Shown piece by piece: positions 35,873 to 48,196 of a stretch of 64,000 bases of DNA. The stretch comes from Chiloscyllium plagiosum. Lineage: Eukaryota. The DNA lies in contig NC_057719.1 of NCBI RefSeq assembly GCF_004010195.1, forward strand, positions 74,053,657 to 74,117,656. Reading direction: 5' to 3'. A model generated the notes under the pieces. That model was given only the letters and a program-made list of their open reading frames with translations. It had not been told where the DNA came from and ran no database searches. Each line of letters starts with the position of its first letter. The first letter of the stretch is position 1. The translations under genes and the position numbers were made by a program.

Positions 35873-38439
35873 ATTGTGCTTTGCTCTTTTTTTTTACTCA
35901 ACCTTATTGGACTCAGAAATAAGCAACAAAAAGCACCAATCCACTTTCAGTGGGATGGTTAAGCCAGAGCGTGTGACTTTATTTTAATCATGTGATCGAC
36001 GACGTTCCAGAATCTGGTTTTGAACAGAGTTTGTAAATTCTAAATAATTTCTGTTCAGCATAATTGAGCTGAGTTCAACCTGTTGTGAGAATAAAAATTG
36101 TTCTGGGGCCAAAAAAACCTTTATATTACACAAGATTGATTGGTTGGCTGGCAAGTGATTAGGGATGGAGGTGTTGCCATGGAGAATGCACCAGTTCACT
36201 GATGAGTGACAGTTAACTGGCAAGTTTTGTTTGGTTTTAAACCAGTTGTGTTGACTCTGGACAAGGCATTGCCTTAGAAATGAAATGAATTAGAGGATGC
36301 CAGTCACCTGTCTTGATGTGTTGAAACAGATGCAATGTGTATATATACGTTATTTCTGTTCGCAATCATAGGGCCCTGTGTAGTTTCCACTACATGCAAG
36401 TCCATCACACAGTGAACCTGACTAATAATCAGTGTAATTATTCACTCACTTCAGATTACTTAGCAAATGTTGTCCAGTCACAGAATCAAGTCTAATGATG
36501 GACGTTGTTTTAAGTTTTACAAGTGTGGGCTGCTTGAGTATGATTAGTATCTTGCTTGTTGTATATAGTTGAAGGGGTGTGCAGCCTGGCGGTTAGATCA
36601 CTAAGAAGAACAGACTCAAGGGACTGAATGCCCAGCAGGCTCCTAATTCATATGTATGGAAGCTAATGGGTTCCACCATTCAATTTTATTACTACGTTCA
36701 CTGAAGGACAAAGAAATGGCAAAAGCCTCCTTCATCACAATTATTCTGACCTTGTACTTTAGTGTCACAAAATATAACTGGTATGTTTTGTAAGCTGTGT
36801 TATTCAGGACAGAGATTTATTATCATAATATCGAGGTCTTGAAACACACAGCTGAGACCTTTTTACAGAGGTCGGTTCACTTTGCTGAATTTCATTTTTT
36901 TAGTCGAGCTACATTTTTCAGTTTGTTTTCATATGAAAATTGAAAAATTGAATACTAGAAACATCATCGAAGAAGAAATCCATTCATATTCCATTTGTTT
37001 CATTTTCTTCTGGCTCAATCGATTTCTGGACTGCATGCAAGGTCACCAGTCCTCCCCAAAAAGGCAAGGACTTGATCCTCCTGGTGGCCAAAGAAGTGAA
37101 AAGCAAAATTAATTAAGGTTCCCACTTATGACCAATGTAGACTGACTCTGGTATTGCCTCCACTCCCACTCCCAGAGAGATATTGCCGATTTGTACTGGT
37201 TGCCCATCTGTGTGGAGCCATGACAAAACAGAACTCAATTGCAAGGAGAAAACATTGTTCAGGCAGCTCGCGTATTTTGTTTGTGCGCGAGGTGACTCTC
37301 ATTGCGATACTGCAAGTAGCAAGGAGGAGACTGTATGAAAGGGTTGTTGCCAATACTTGGCATCCAACACTCGGCAGCCCTGTGCACGGTTGATTGCTGT
37401 GTATTTTCCAGCTCATTAAACCAAGTTCAGCAGATCAGCATGGCTGTTACTTTGCTAACGGTTAATCCTTCGCCAAATAATACAGACATGGGGACCCCAT
37501 TAGCTGGTGGGAGAAAGAAGGAACAATTATCTGGCGCCTGTCACAACTTCAGGATGTCCAAAATCATTTTGTAGGCAATTAAGTACTTTTTGAAGCATAG
37601 CACTTCAATGTAGTTGTAATTGCAATGTAGGATGCTGGTTTGTAACAATAAGGTAACAATGATCAGATTTCTTTCCGAGCTTTTAGTTAAAGAGAAATGT
37701 TAGCAAAACCTGAAAGTAGACACGTAGGCTGTGTGGAATAATACATTTGCAATTTAACGTCAAGTCTGCTGTCATAAAAAATTGCTTTGAGTTTGAGTGA
37801 AGAACAAAAGCAAAATAATGCAGTTGCTGGAAATCTAGGACAAGACAAAAGGAGCTGCACAAATTCAGCTGGTCTGGCAGCAGGGCTGTGGGGAGGAACA
37901 GTGAAAGAAAAGATGAGTACTAGATTGGAGGCCAGGAGGGGATTAACTCTCAAAAGATTTCACGATGTAACAGCCAAAAATATGGTAATAAATACAGTGA
38001 AGAAATGAAGATTATGTCCAAATGAAGTGTGAATGGCTAAAGAAAAGTCATTTGCATGCAACACAGTGATAGGGAGAGAACCAAGACAAAGACAACTCCA
38101 GCAAAAAGAAAAGGAATGAAATACACAAGATGGTTTTTCTTCTCCATTGAAATTTTTCTCCCTTTGTACAGTCTCTTCTGACCTTCATTTGTGTGAATTG
38201 TCTGACATCCTATGTCACTTCTGTTTCCAATATCCTAGCCCTAACCACTTCTTCAGAATGGATGTCCATCCTTCTGTATCTGGAGACACTGTGTAGCTCA
38301 TACACACTGACTTGACATTGTGAAGTGAGCTCTGATCTTTTTGGCTTTCTGCTTCGAGGCATGAAGGTGATGTTGTCTAACAATATAAGGTTCTTAAAGA
38401 CATTCATAAGCACCACCCACCAAAATAACACACTATGAA

Positions 38440-38572
38440 AATTAAAGAAAGAACTGTGGGTGTTGGAGGTCTGAAACAAGACCAGAAATTGCTGGAGAAA
38501 CTCGGCAAGTCTGCAACATTTGTGGAGAGAAAAGAGAATTAAAGTTTAAAGTTCAGTGACCCTTCAGAACTG
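38440..38572 (-). mobile_element. Penelope-pLTR-derived short element (family C), degenerate
   Basis: Reverse complement of the 29271/59900 family ('agttctgaagggtcactgaac', 'ccagcaatttctgg'). Confidence 0.65.
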
Positions 38573-39043
38573 ATGTACTATGTACTTGGTAAGAGAACAG
38601 CTTAAGATCTCAGATGAGTAAAATCTAATGTCCAGCTCTTTCCTGGAGTCTCTGGTACAATGTCTTTCATGTCAATGTAACTTGTACCAAGTTGCTATCA
38701 TGCAATAAGCTACATGATGGAAAAGACAGGAGTCTCTTCTCATTAAACTACCAAATGTGTTATTTTAATCTCTTCTACACTAAAGCAGTCAGGCCCTGCA
38801 GATTTCTACCCTGAATGAATGTGGTGGCAGCACATCTACCTTGGAGTAAGCAGTGGTATTGAGACCTCATACCATGTAATAAGTAGCAGAAACAGAAAGC
38901 TTATACAATGGGTAGAAACCATTAAAACCTGCACATTGTACATCAAGTGTTCAGATGACATTATCTGGTTTTTCAGAGCTATAAGAAACAGCTAGAAGTA
39001 ATTAGAATGTCATTCTGCAACTTCGTACACAAGGTGAGTCTGT

Positions 39044-39480
39044 ATGCCTTTGAATTTTGCAGCCACTGCTCCTGTGGAGATGAAAGGTGATTTAAGATCG
39101 AATTGGAATTCTCTCTCTCTTCACAACAGCAAAACTATGAGAGAACCACAGAGTTCAACACAACAGCAGCAACTCTGCTTTCAGTGCTGCAAGCTATATT
39201 ACCCCCTAGACCTCAGAAGAGCAAAAACGTCAGACTGGATAAATAAAAAAGGCCTTAAAAACCCATTTTAAATCCTCTAATAATATTATTTATTAATAAT
39301 GTGTTTAACATCAGACCTTAGGAGGAGCGGAAAAGTGTTGATCAGAATGTGACTGCATTGAGACATCAGTTTGAAAATTGTGAGTTTGGGTAAATGAACG
39401 ATGATCCCATCAGAGATAGAATTGCCTTCAAAATAAGAGATCGTGGTGTGCTACCGTACCTGTTCAAGGAAAACAGACAT
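39044..39480 (+). pseudogene. Gypsy/Ty3 LTR retrotransposon gag relic
   Basis: 'TAPVEMKGDLRSNW' near 39060 and 'KSVDQNVTALRHQFENCEFG*MNDDPIRDRIAFKIRD...LFKE' at ~39331-39475 match the Gypsy gag pattern (L..LA..C.FG.....IRDRIV.G..D); PBS-like TGGTGGCAGC at 38822. Confidence 0.7.
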
Positions 39481-39870
39481 GGCTTTGTACTATACTGAGA
39501 TACAGTCCAGGCCTAACGAACAAAACAATGGGGAAAAGGGAACAATGATTTTCAGAATTGCCAGTAGAAAGAACGAGGGAAGAGTACAGGATGTAAATAC
39601 TGTGGAGAACAACAGGCAAAAGAAGAACATCTTCAGCATGAAGAAAGATGCATACCAACTGCAAGAGGCAGAATCACCTCTTTTGCAGGAAAGAAGTAAA
39701 TCAAACCCATACTTTGGTGGCTGGAGAGATGTCAAGTGATGATTGACAAATCGCTCTCCTCCACTAAACAGGTTGTCACTATTTGATCCCAAAGTAGTAA
39801 ATAGTTTGGGATTGTTAGAATGATTACTGGACAATGAGAGCATCAAGTGAATATGAAACACAAGATGAAC

Positions 39871-39966
39871 ATTCCTGATGAGGAACTTATGCTCGAAACA
39901 TTGACTCTCCTGCTCCTCGGATGCTGCCTGACCGGTTGTGCTTTACCAGCGCCACACTTGTTGACC
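39871..39966 (+). mobile_element. Penelope-pLTR-derived short element (family B) with hammerhead core
   Basis: 'attcctgatgaggaacttatgctcgaaacattgactctcctgctcctcggatgctgcc'. Confidence 0.75.
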
Positions 39967-40654
39967 CCCAGCAAAATAGCATGGCAGTTGTGAAAATCAC
40001 CAAAGAGATCAATTTTTAAAAATGGATTAGATTGAGCAGGGATGTGTAAAAGACGGTCCAAAAGCGGAGACATTGAAAGTGGCCAATCCAGGGAGTGGTA
40101 CCACAGTGTGTGGTGATTCAAGGTTATAATTAACTATTGTCTGGAAACTTGGATTTTAACACAGAAGTAAATGGTTCTTTTGTTTTAGAGTTGTAAAGGT
40201 AACTTACTTCTTTTGAAAAATGGTCAGAAAGTCATTTTTGACTACCGAGATCAAAACAGCCTTTCCAAGAAATAATGTGACAAATCAAGCAACCTGGTGA
40301 GATAATTGCTTAAAATGATCACTAAGTTGAGTATATTTTGTGACCAATTTTTAAAAAAAGGTCCTAGTTCCCAACAGAACCAATATTCCGTGCCACTCCA
40401 ACTTACTCCTTCATTTACTGATCCTCCTTCCCACCTTGTGCCCTGACGCTGTACCCAGCTAGTACCCTACCCACTGGTACCCTAGCATCTTGCATCTTAC
40501 CCTCCTGGCACTCAGCTCATTCTCACTTAATTTATGTACTTAGCTGCTTGGAGAGCTCTCGGAAAAGAATGTCTGCAGTCCTGGACAGTTAAATCACAGA
40601 ATATGTGAAAATAAGGGGCATGGTCCTGTCAGAGCTGAACTAAACTGCACATTT

Positions 40655-41041
40655 TTGAAGGAGTCCTGATAAGGATCTCCTGTCAGAAGTGTGGGGCTCT
40701 ATCTGAATGTAAAACAAGTAGGAACAGAGTAGCAACCTGACAATGATTTCAACTCCAGCCCGTTGAATTGAACAAGTTTTTAGATTGTAACCTCTGCATC
40801 CATCTTATTCCATATCCCTTTGGTGCTCCTTTGTTGATGCTGCAGGTTGAAGGAGTCCTGATAAGGATCTCCTGTCACAAGTGTGGGTCTCTATCTGAAT
40901 GTAAAACAAGTAGGAACAGAGTAGCAACCTGACAATGACTTCAACTCCAGCCCGTTGAATTGAACAAGTTTTTAGATTGTAACCTCTGCATCCATCTTAT
41001 TCCATATCCCTTTGGTGCTCCTTTGTTGATGCTGCAGGTTG
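40655..41041. repeat. 192-bp tandem duplication
   Basis: Copies 40655-40846 and 40847-41038 differ at 3 positions by eye; TTG microhomology at the junctions. Confidence 0.95.
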
Positions 41042-41149
41042 GTCTTGGCCCTTGTTGTTTTCTTTTCCCTCCATGTTGCTTTCAGGTGGATTTTATTTAA
41101 CAATTCATGCCTCATTTGGGTGCAAATTTTTTAACACTTCTTGACATTG

Positions 41150-41395
41150 AATACCACTCTCTTTAGCTGTTACATCATGTAATCTTTTGATATTTAATCT
41201 CCCCACACCTCTACCTGATCAGAGACTTTCTCTTTTTTGTTCTCTTGCCTCGCCTTCCCCCGACTACTGGCTCGAAAACTCTTGCGTTTTTGTCTTTCTT
41301 CTGTTGAAAGGTCGTTGACCTGAACCATTAACTTTGTTTCTACCCATAGGTGCTGTCAGAACTATTGCATTTTTTCCAGCTTTTTATTTTGTTGT
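41150..41395 (+). mobile_element. Penelope 3' region/pLTR (family C-related), degenerate hammerhead
   Basis: 'ttctgttgaaaggtcgttgacctgaaccattaact' (helix II AGGUC/GACCU); a related reverse copy lies at ~37800-38000. Confidence 0.6.
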
Positions 41396-41696
41396 TAAAA
41401 AAGCTGCTGGATGTTATGCAAAAAACAGTTGCGGCAGTTAAAAAGTACATGCATTCTTTTCAGTATTCTGTTTTTAATTAAGGGTTCCTTAATTAAACTT
41501 TGATCGTGTAAAACGTTCCTTCTCGCATTCATCAAGGGTATTTTGAGTAAAGTATGTGTGCTCTGATAGTTAACCAAATGAAATTTCTTGAATGTAAGAT
41601 GGCTACCTGACCTTCAGTCATTGGTAGCAAACTCTCTTCATGCGAGAGACCCACTTAACCTATTTTCTGCTCAAGGTAATGGGTATTCACTAGGCG

Positions 41697-41883
41697 TAAG
41701 TGAGGAGTGTAGATGCTGGAGATTAGAGTCGAGAGTGTGGTGCTGGAAAAACACAGGTCAGGCAGCATCTGAGGATCGACATTTCAGATTTTTGATGAAG
41801 GGCTTATGCCCAAAACATCGATTCTCCTGCTCCTCGGCTGCTGCCGGACCTGTTGTGCTTTGCAAGCACCACATTCTCGACTT
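41697..41883. mobile_element. Fold-back Penelope-pLTR-derived element (family B)
   Basis: 'agtcgagagtgtggtgctgg...ggcagcatctgagga' is inverted relative to 'tcctcggctgctgcc...gcaccacattctcgact'; central 'tgatgaagggcttatgcccaaaac'. Confidence 0.8.
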
Positions 41884-41959
41884 TAATGAGTATTCACGTC
41901 AATTTTCTGGTGGCTTGCATTAAAATGGATCATCTTCTTTCAGATGTTGCACTGATGTA

Positions 41960-42120
41960 CAGTGCAACCTCGGTTATCCAAACACCAGTTATCCATATTT
42001 CAGATTAGTCGAACAGGATCTCAAGGTCCCAATACTTGGGTAAACTGTGTTGTCTGAACATTCAATTATCCAAACAAAATACTCCCCGCCCGTGTCATTC
42101 GGATAATCAAGGTTGTCCTG
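41960..42120. mobile_element. Tc1/mariner (Tigger/pogo-like) MITE
   Basis: TA|CAGTGCAACCTCGGTTATCC ... GGATAATCAAGGTTGTCCTG|TA; internal similarity to 21194-21366. Confidence 0.88.
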
Positions 42121-42145
42121 TACATGTGCAGCTCAAAACATCTAT

Positions 42146-42530
42146 GAGGGGTGACCTTATAGAGGTTTACAAAATCGAGGGGCATGGATAGGATAAATAG
42201 ACAAAGTCTTTTCTCTGGGGTCGAGGAGTCCAGAACTAGAGGGCATAGGTTTAGGGTGAGAGGGAAAGATATAAAAGAGACCTAAGGGGCAACTTTTTCA
42301 CGCAAAGGATGGTACGTGTACGGAATGAGCTGCCAGAGGATGTGGTGGAGGCTGGTACAATTGCAACATTTAAGAGGCATTTGGATGGGTATATGAATAG
42401 GAAGGGTTTAGAGGGATATGGGCCGGGTGCTGGCAGGTTGGTATATCTGACCGGCATGGACGGGTTGGACGGACAGGTTGGACTGAAGGGTCTGTTTCCA
42501 TGCTGTACATTTCTATGACTCTATGACTCT
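42146..42530 (+). mobile_element. CR1 (HER1-like) LINE 3' end
   Basis: 'RNELPEDVVEAGTIATFKRHLDGYMNRKGLEGYGPGAG'; tail 'ttctatgactctatgactct'. Confidence 0.93.
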
Positions 42531-42732
42531 ACACACTTACAGTAATATAAAAAAAAACTGCACTCTCTGTATCCTCATTGGATCACACCTTCTGATGTGT
42601 CAGATTTTTTTTAAAAAATCACTTGTTTAATGAAGCTGGAGTCCTGGGGAAAATGGTACCTTTCCCATACTATTGTGGACAAACTCAAAAGTCACACGAC
42701 ACCAGGTTATAGTCCAACAAGTTGATTTGAAA

Positions 42733-42770
42733 TTACAAGCTTTCAGAACGCTACTCCTTCGTCAGGCGAA
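42733..42770 (-). ncRNA. Minimal hammerhead ribozyme motif in a Penelope pLTR
   Basis: Minus strand: UUCGC-CUGACGA-A-GGAGU-AGC-GUUCU-GAAA-GC-UU-GUAA; core intact, helix II paired with G-U wobbles, helix III palindrome AGCU. Confidence 0.72.
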
Positions 42771-43394
42771 GTGGAGAGAAGTGCACAGGGATTGAGTTTA
42801 CAGGCGGAGAGATAATGGCAAGATAATACTAGGGAATTAAGAGTGTCAAAGATGATACAAATGGTGTGAGTGGAGAGTTGACAGGCTCAATAACAAGTCT
42901 TTGCAGGTGATCAGAAGTGTCAAACGGTATGAGTAAAGTGTGAACAGCTGAATAGCAAGGGAAGGAATGACCTATGATCTGATTAATTAAGGCAAAGAGA
43001 TAATTATCAAAAATAAGATGGTGCTAGAGACAAAGCAAATGGCTGGAATAATATGATAGGTATAAGAGTCACATGACGAGAGTCTGACCAAAATAACAAG
43101 TAATCCAAAACTGTACAAAACTAATTAAGGTGGAAAGGTGATGGTGTTAAAACAGAACAGTAAGCAAAATTTTACAAACACAGACAGTAGGGTGTGGCTA
43201 CATGTAGTGCGACATGAACCCAAGATCACGGTTGAGGCTGTCTTCATGGGTATGGGACTTAGCTATCAGTCTCTGGCTCAATGATTCTGTACTGATGTGC
43301 ATCGCGAAGGCCGCCTTGGAGGACACTTGCTTGAAGAGTGGAGGCTGAATGTCCTTGACCACTGAAGTATTCCCAGCGTGGAAAGGATTGGAAT

Positions 43395-43728
43395 GATACG
43401 GTGGCTCAGTGGTTAGCCCTGCTGCCTCACAGCGCCAGGGACCTGGGTTCGATTCCAGCCTCATGCGACTGTCTGTGTGGAGTTTGCACATTCTCCCCAT
43501 GTCTGCGTGGGTTTCCATCGGGTGCTCTGGTTTCCTCCCACAGTCCAAAGGTGTGCAGGTCAGGTGAATTGGCCGTGTTCAGGGATGTTTAGGTTGGGTG
43601 CATTAGTCAGGAGAAATGTAGAGTGACAGGGTAGGGGAATGGGTCTGGGTGGGTTACTCTTCGGAGGGTCGGTGTGGACTTGTTGGACCAAATGGCCTGT
43701 TTCCTCACTGTAGGAATTCTACTCTATG
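43395..43728 (+). mobile_element. HE1/V-type SINE nested in a Penelope element
   Basis: A/B boxes, V-core and CR1-like tail. Confidence 0.93.
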
Positions 43729-45520
43729 AACACTCCTGCCTGGCGAAGGAGCAGTGTTCTTTACCAGCCAAAAGCTTGTGATTTCAGATAGACCTAATGG
43801 ACTATAACTTGGTGTCACGTGACCTCTGACTTTGTCCACCCCAATCCAACACCGACCCCTCCACGTCATAGTATCGTGGGAAATGGCTGCTGTGATAGGT
43901 TGAGGTGGTGATCAGTGAAGGTGCATGGCGATAATGGATTCAAGCAATTGAAAGAACTTAGAGAATCAGGATTTCCTGTCATGAACATAACTTTCCATGG
44001 TTGACATTGCCAAAATGACAATTGACTTTAATATGACTGATTTGAGAACACTGGCACAAGTGAAGGAATATACATAACAAACGTGGTACACAATTTTAAA
44101 GGCAATGTAGTTTCTGGTAAGGTCGAATGTTGAATTTGTTACAGAATTGTGCAACCCTTTGAGGCTATGAAGTGTAGATTGAAATAGTGGAACTTTGTGA
44201 TAGGTTGAGCTTTTTCCACATGGCTGAGTCTAAATTGAGGATTCCCAGAACCCTCCTGACTAAGCTGTCGTATCCACTTGGTGTCTCCGGTGGGACAAAC
44301 TGGACAAACCCAGGGATCATTACGGACAGCATTCCTGCTACTTTCTTCTGCCCTGGCTTCTGCGGTCAGTGTGTGGCCGTGATTTCCTGAACCACAAGTC
44401 GATACTGTCAACGGCGATTTTTTGCTTGTTATTTGTGTAACTTTAGTATTTTATTCTGCGATGCTCTAAATGGTACAGCATAAAATCTTAGTGTGTATTT
44501 ACATAACCAATTCTGCACACCTTTAGGCGTTTTCAATATAATATCTTCAGGAATAAAATGATTTCCTGTTGTCAGATTTTGGTCGCCATCTCATGCTCCA
44601 GAGTGTTCTCACTTTGGGCAAAAGAAGAAATAAAATGTCAGAAGTTGGTGTCTAAAATTTTCATATCGTGGCAGAAGACTTGCAGGTAATGTTTGATTAA
44701 CTTAATAAAAGTTATCTCCCAGGTTTTGAAACATAAAGCTTGCACAAGTTGTTGTTGCATCAAAACTCAGGTAAGGCCAGTGTTTACACAACACTGCTTA
44801 CAAAATGGTTGCTGTTACAAGTCATTTGACAGAGTTATTGGTTCTGCTTCATTGTATAGTAAAAGCTGCTTCAAATAGATACCTGATCTGCACTACATCT
44901 GGCCCAGTAGATTGCGTGCATTGTGATCATTAGATTTGCTTCCTGCACTACATAAAATTACCTTTGAGTTGCATTTACAGCTCATCACGAGCAGTGGACG
45001 AACGACGCAGGTGCACATCTTGCAGAAATTGTTCCGAGAGGATATGAGTCAGTTTGACCGCCTACCCCATCTGTCTGAGAATGCCATGTCTTGTCGGAAG
45101 TGACATTGTCAATAACAGACTGAATCAGAGTCTTTGTAGAGCAAGTCCCTAAGGTGCAGTGCCACGAGGGACTCCTGGTGGCAAACCCCATATTTCCTTG
45201 ATTTTGCACAGTGTGGGGGGCTGAACAGACCAGTTTTCTGTCTTTGTGATATGGAACTAAAAATGGATGTTTCTTCACCTTTAAAAATGGTCTGAATTGG
45301 CATTGCAGACTGAAGCGAAGGCAGCATTCTCTTGTTCTGCCCATTTTGTGATTCAAACTTCATTTATACTGACCTTTTTTTCCAACTAGACAGGGTTGAA
45401 CTTTGATTTAACAATTTACAATTGCCAAGCACTTAGGCCACATAGGTCTGTTGAAGGGATTTGCTATCAGCTAAAACCCCACATTTAATCTCATTGAGAT
45501 GTTGTCCCGTTATTAAAACT

Positions 45521-45860
45521 GGGTGGCACGTTGGCTCAGTGGTAAGCACTGCTGTGTCACAGCGCCAAAAACCCGAGTTCAATTCCAAACTTGGGCGACT
45601 GTCTGTGTAGAATTTGCGCATTCTCCCCATGTCTGCGTGGGTTTCCTCCGGGTGCTCCAGTTTCCTCCCACAATCCAAAGATGTGCAGATCAGGTGAATT
45701 GGCCGTGCTAAATTGCCCATGGTGTACAGGGATGTGTAGGTTAGGTGCATTAGTCAGGGGTAAATACAGGGGAGGGGAATGGGTCTGGATGGATTACTCT
45801 TCGGTCAGTGTGGACTTGTTGGGCCAAAGGGCCTGTTTTCACACTGCAGGGATTCTAATC
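45521..45860 (+). mobile_element. HE1/V-type SINE, full length
   Basis: A/B boxes, V-core, tail; TAAAAC at 45514-45519 and 45861-45866 is a possible TSD. Confidence 0.93.
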
Positions 45861-46613
45861 TAAAACAGATAAATCATGGATCCTGACAGTTGACACACCT
45901 TAAAGTGGATGCAGTGGTTTCGACCATCCAGAATTCACAAGGTTCAAATGTGCATTTGAAAATCGAGAATGTGAGACCCGTTCTTCAAGAAAAGAGGGAG
46001 CTAGAAGACAGGGAATGTTTATGTCAATCAGAATAATGTCAGTAGTTAGAAACATTCCAGATCCTGTTAACTGATAACAGGCTAACAATGCATTTGAGAA
46101 ATGCACAATATGATTAGATAGAATTGACAGAATCTTCTAAAAGAAAATTGTGCTTGATTAATCCATTAAAAGAAGAGGAACCAGTTGGTATAGTAAGTTT
46201 TGTACTTTCAGAAAGAATACCGTAATGTGCTATTCAATTAAGGCTCATGGGATCGGGGTAATTACAATGGACTAAAATTTGTTTAAGGGACAGAATGCCA
46301 AATCAAGACAAATAGGTCATTTTTTAGAATGAAAGTGAAGAGCAACAAATTATCACTGCAGCGGCCTTGGTTAGCAATAATCTATTTCAGTGCCTGAGGT
46401 AAGAAACTGCGGGTAATGTTTCTAATTTGATGATGATACAAAGCTTGATGAAAAATTGAACTCTTTCATTCTCTCTCTTTCACCCCTACCTGCTGTCTCT
46501 TTCTTTCTCTCTCTCTCTCTCTCTGTCTCTCTTGTGCTCCGTCTCTCTTGTCCTTACCTACACTTGCTCTCTCTCTTACCCTCACCTGTTTGCTTTCACT
46601 CACCCGAACTCTT

Positions 46614-47491
46614 NNNNNNNNNNNNNNNNNNNNNNNNNNNNNNNNNNNNNNNNNNNNNNNNNNNNNNNNNNNNNNNNNNNNNNNNNNNNNNNNNNNNNNN
46701 NNNNNNNNNNNNNNNNNNNNNNNNNNNNNNNNNNNNNNNNNNNNNNNNNNNNNNNNNNNNNNNNNNNNNNNNNNNNNNNNNNNNNNNNNNNNNNNNNNNN
46801 NNNNNNNNNNNNNNNNNNNNNNNNNNNNNNNNNNNNNNNNNNNNNNNNNNNNNNNNNNNNNNNNNNNNNNNNNNNNNNNNNNNNNNNNNNNNNNNNNNNN
46901 NNNNNNNNNNNNNNNNNNNNNNNNNNNNNNNNNNNNNNNNNNNNNNNNNNNNNNNNNNNNNNNNNNNNNNNNNNNNNNNNNNNNNNNNNNNNNNNNNNNN
47001 NNNNNNNNNNNNNNNNNNNNNNNNNNNNNNNNNNNNNNNNNNNNNNNNNNNNNNNNNNNNNNNNNNNNNNNNNNNNNNNNNNNNNNNNNNNNNNNNNNNN
47101 NNNNNNNNNNNNNNNNNNNNNNNNNNNNNNNNNNNNNNNNNNNNNNNNNNNNNNNNNNNNNNNNNNNNNNNNNNNNNNNNNNNNNNNNNNNNNNNNNNNN
47201 NNNNNNNNNNNNNNNNNNNNNNNNNNNNNNNNNNNNNNNNNNNNNNNNNNNNNNNNNNNNNNNNNNNNNNNNNNNNNNNNNNNNNNNNNNNNNNNNNNNN
47301 NNNNNNNNNNNNNNNNNNNNNNNNNNNNNNNNNNNNNNNNNNNNNNNNNNNNNNNNNNNNNNNNNNNNNNNNNNNNNNNNNNNNNNNNNNNNNNNNNNNN
47401 NNNNNNNNNNNNNNNNNNNNNNNNNNNNNNNNNNNNNNNNNNNNNNNNNNNNNNNNNNNNNNNNNNNNNNNNNNNNNNNNNNNNNNNNNNN
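46614..47491. other. Assembly gap flanked by CT-rich simple repeats
   Basis: Run of N with (CT)n-rich sequence on both sides. Confidence 1.
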
Positions 47492-47847
47492 CTCTCTGTG
47501 TCTCTCTCTGTGTCTCTCTCTGTGTCTCTCTCTGCCTCACTCTCTGCCTCACTCTCTCTCTCTGCCTCACTCTGTCTGTCTCTCTGTCTCTAGCCTATAA
47601 GTCCTTGTCTGACACCTTACTTTACTCTTCCTAACCCCTCTCCTTCTGCCTTGTCCACTTCCCCTCCCTTCTCTTTAGTCTGATGGTGCTTGACTTAAAT
47701 AGCACCAGTAGTCTGCACACCGGTTTTGCAGCTCAGTTGCAGGTTGAGTACTTTATAATGTTAGTTCAAACTTCAGATTACAGTGATGTGCACACGGGTT
47801 AATTTTACAACCAAAGGATGTCCCACAGCACCTTTACATTCCAAAAT

Positions 47848-48175
47848 GGGCGGCACAGTGGTTAGCGCTGCTGACTCTCAGCGCCAGGGACTTGGGTTCG
47901 ATTCCAGTCTCTTGTGACTGTGTGGAGTTTGTGCATTCTCCCCCATGTCTGCATGGGTTTCCTCTGGGTGCTCCAGTTTCCTCCCACAATCCAAAGATGT
48001 GCAGGTTAGATGGAGTGTCTGTGATAAATTGCCCATAGTGTCCAGGGATGTATAGATCCTGTGCATTAGTCAGGGGCAAATATAGAGTAATAGGGGAATA
48101 GTTCTGGATGGGTTACTCTTCAGAGGGTCGGTGTGGACTTGTTGGGCCTGTTTCCACACTGTAAGGATTCTATGA
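47848..48175 (+). mobile_element. HE1/V-type SINE
   Basis: 'gggcggcacagtggttagcgctg...gggttcgattcc', V-core, tail 'gattctatga'. Confidence 0.92.
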
Positions 48176-48196
48176 AGTTCCATGAAAAGCACTTTA

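Larger units (their letters stand above)
42679..43866 (-). mobile_element. 5'-truncated Penelope-like element (family A) with inverted pLTR copy; contains an HE1 SINE
   Basis: Minus ORF ends 'QRLIAKSHTHEDSLNRDLGFMSHYM*'; pLTR at 42679-42770 and inverted copy at 43740-43866; flanking repeats CATACTATTGTGG / CATAGTATCGTGG. Confidence 0.85.

Noticed and set aside
44723..44770. 48-nt open AG/GT-bounded segment (VLKHKACTSCCCIKTQ) with a strong donor
   Set aside because: Weak polypyrimidine tract and unrecognised peptide; expected by chance.
44190..45330. GC-richer patches that might be decayed Tx1/L1 coding sequence or exons
   Set aside because: No diagnostic motif could be read with confidence.
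46456..47634. Long ORFs of 324-392 aa
   Set aside because: Artefacts of translating through the N gap and flanking CT repeats.
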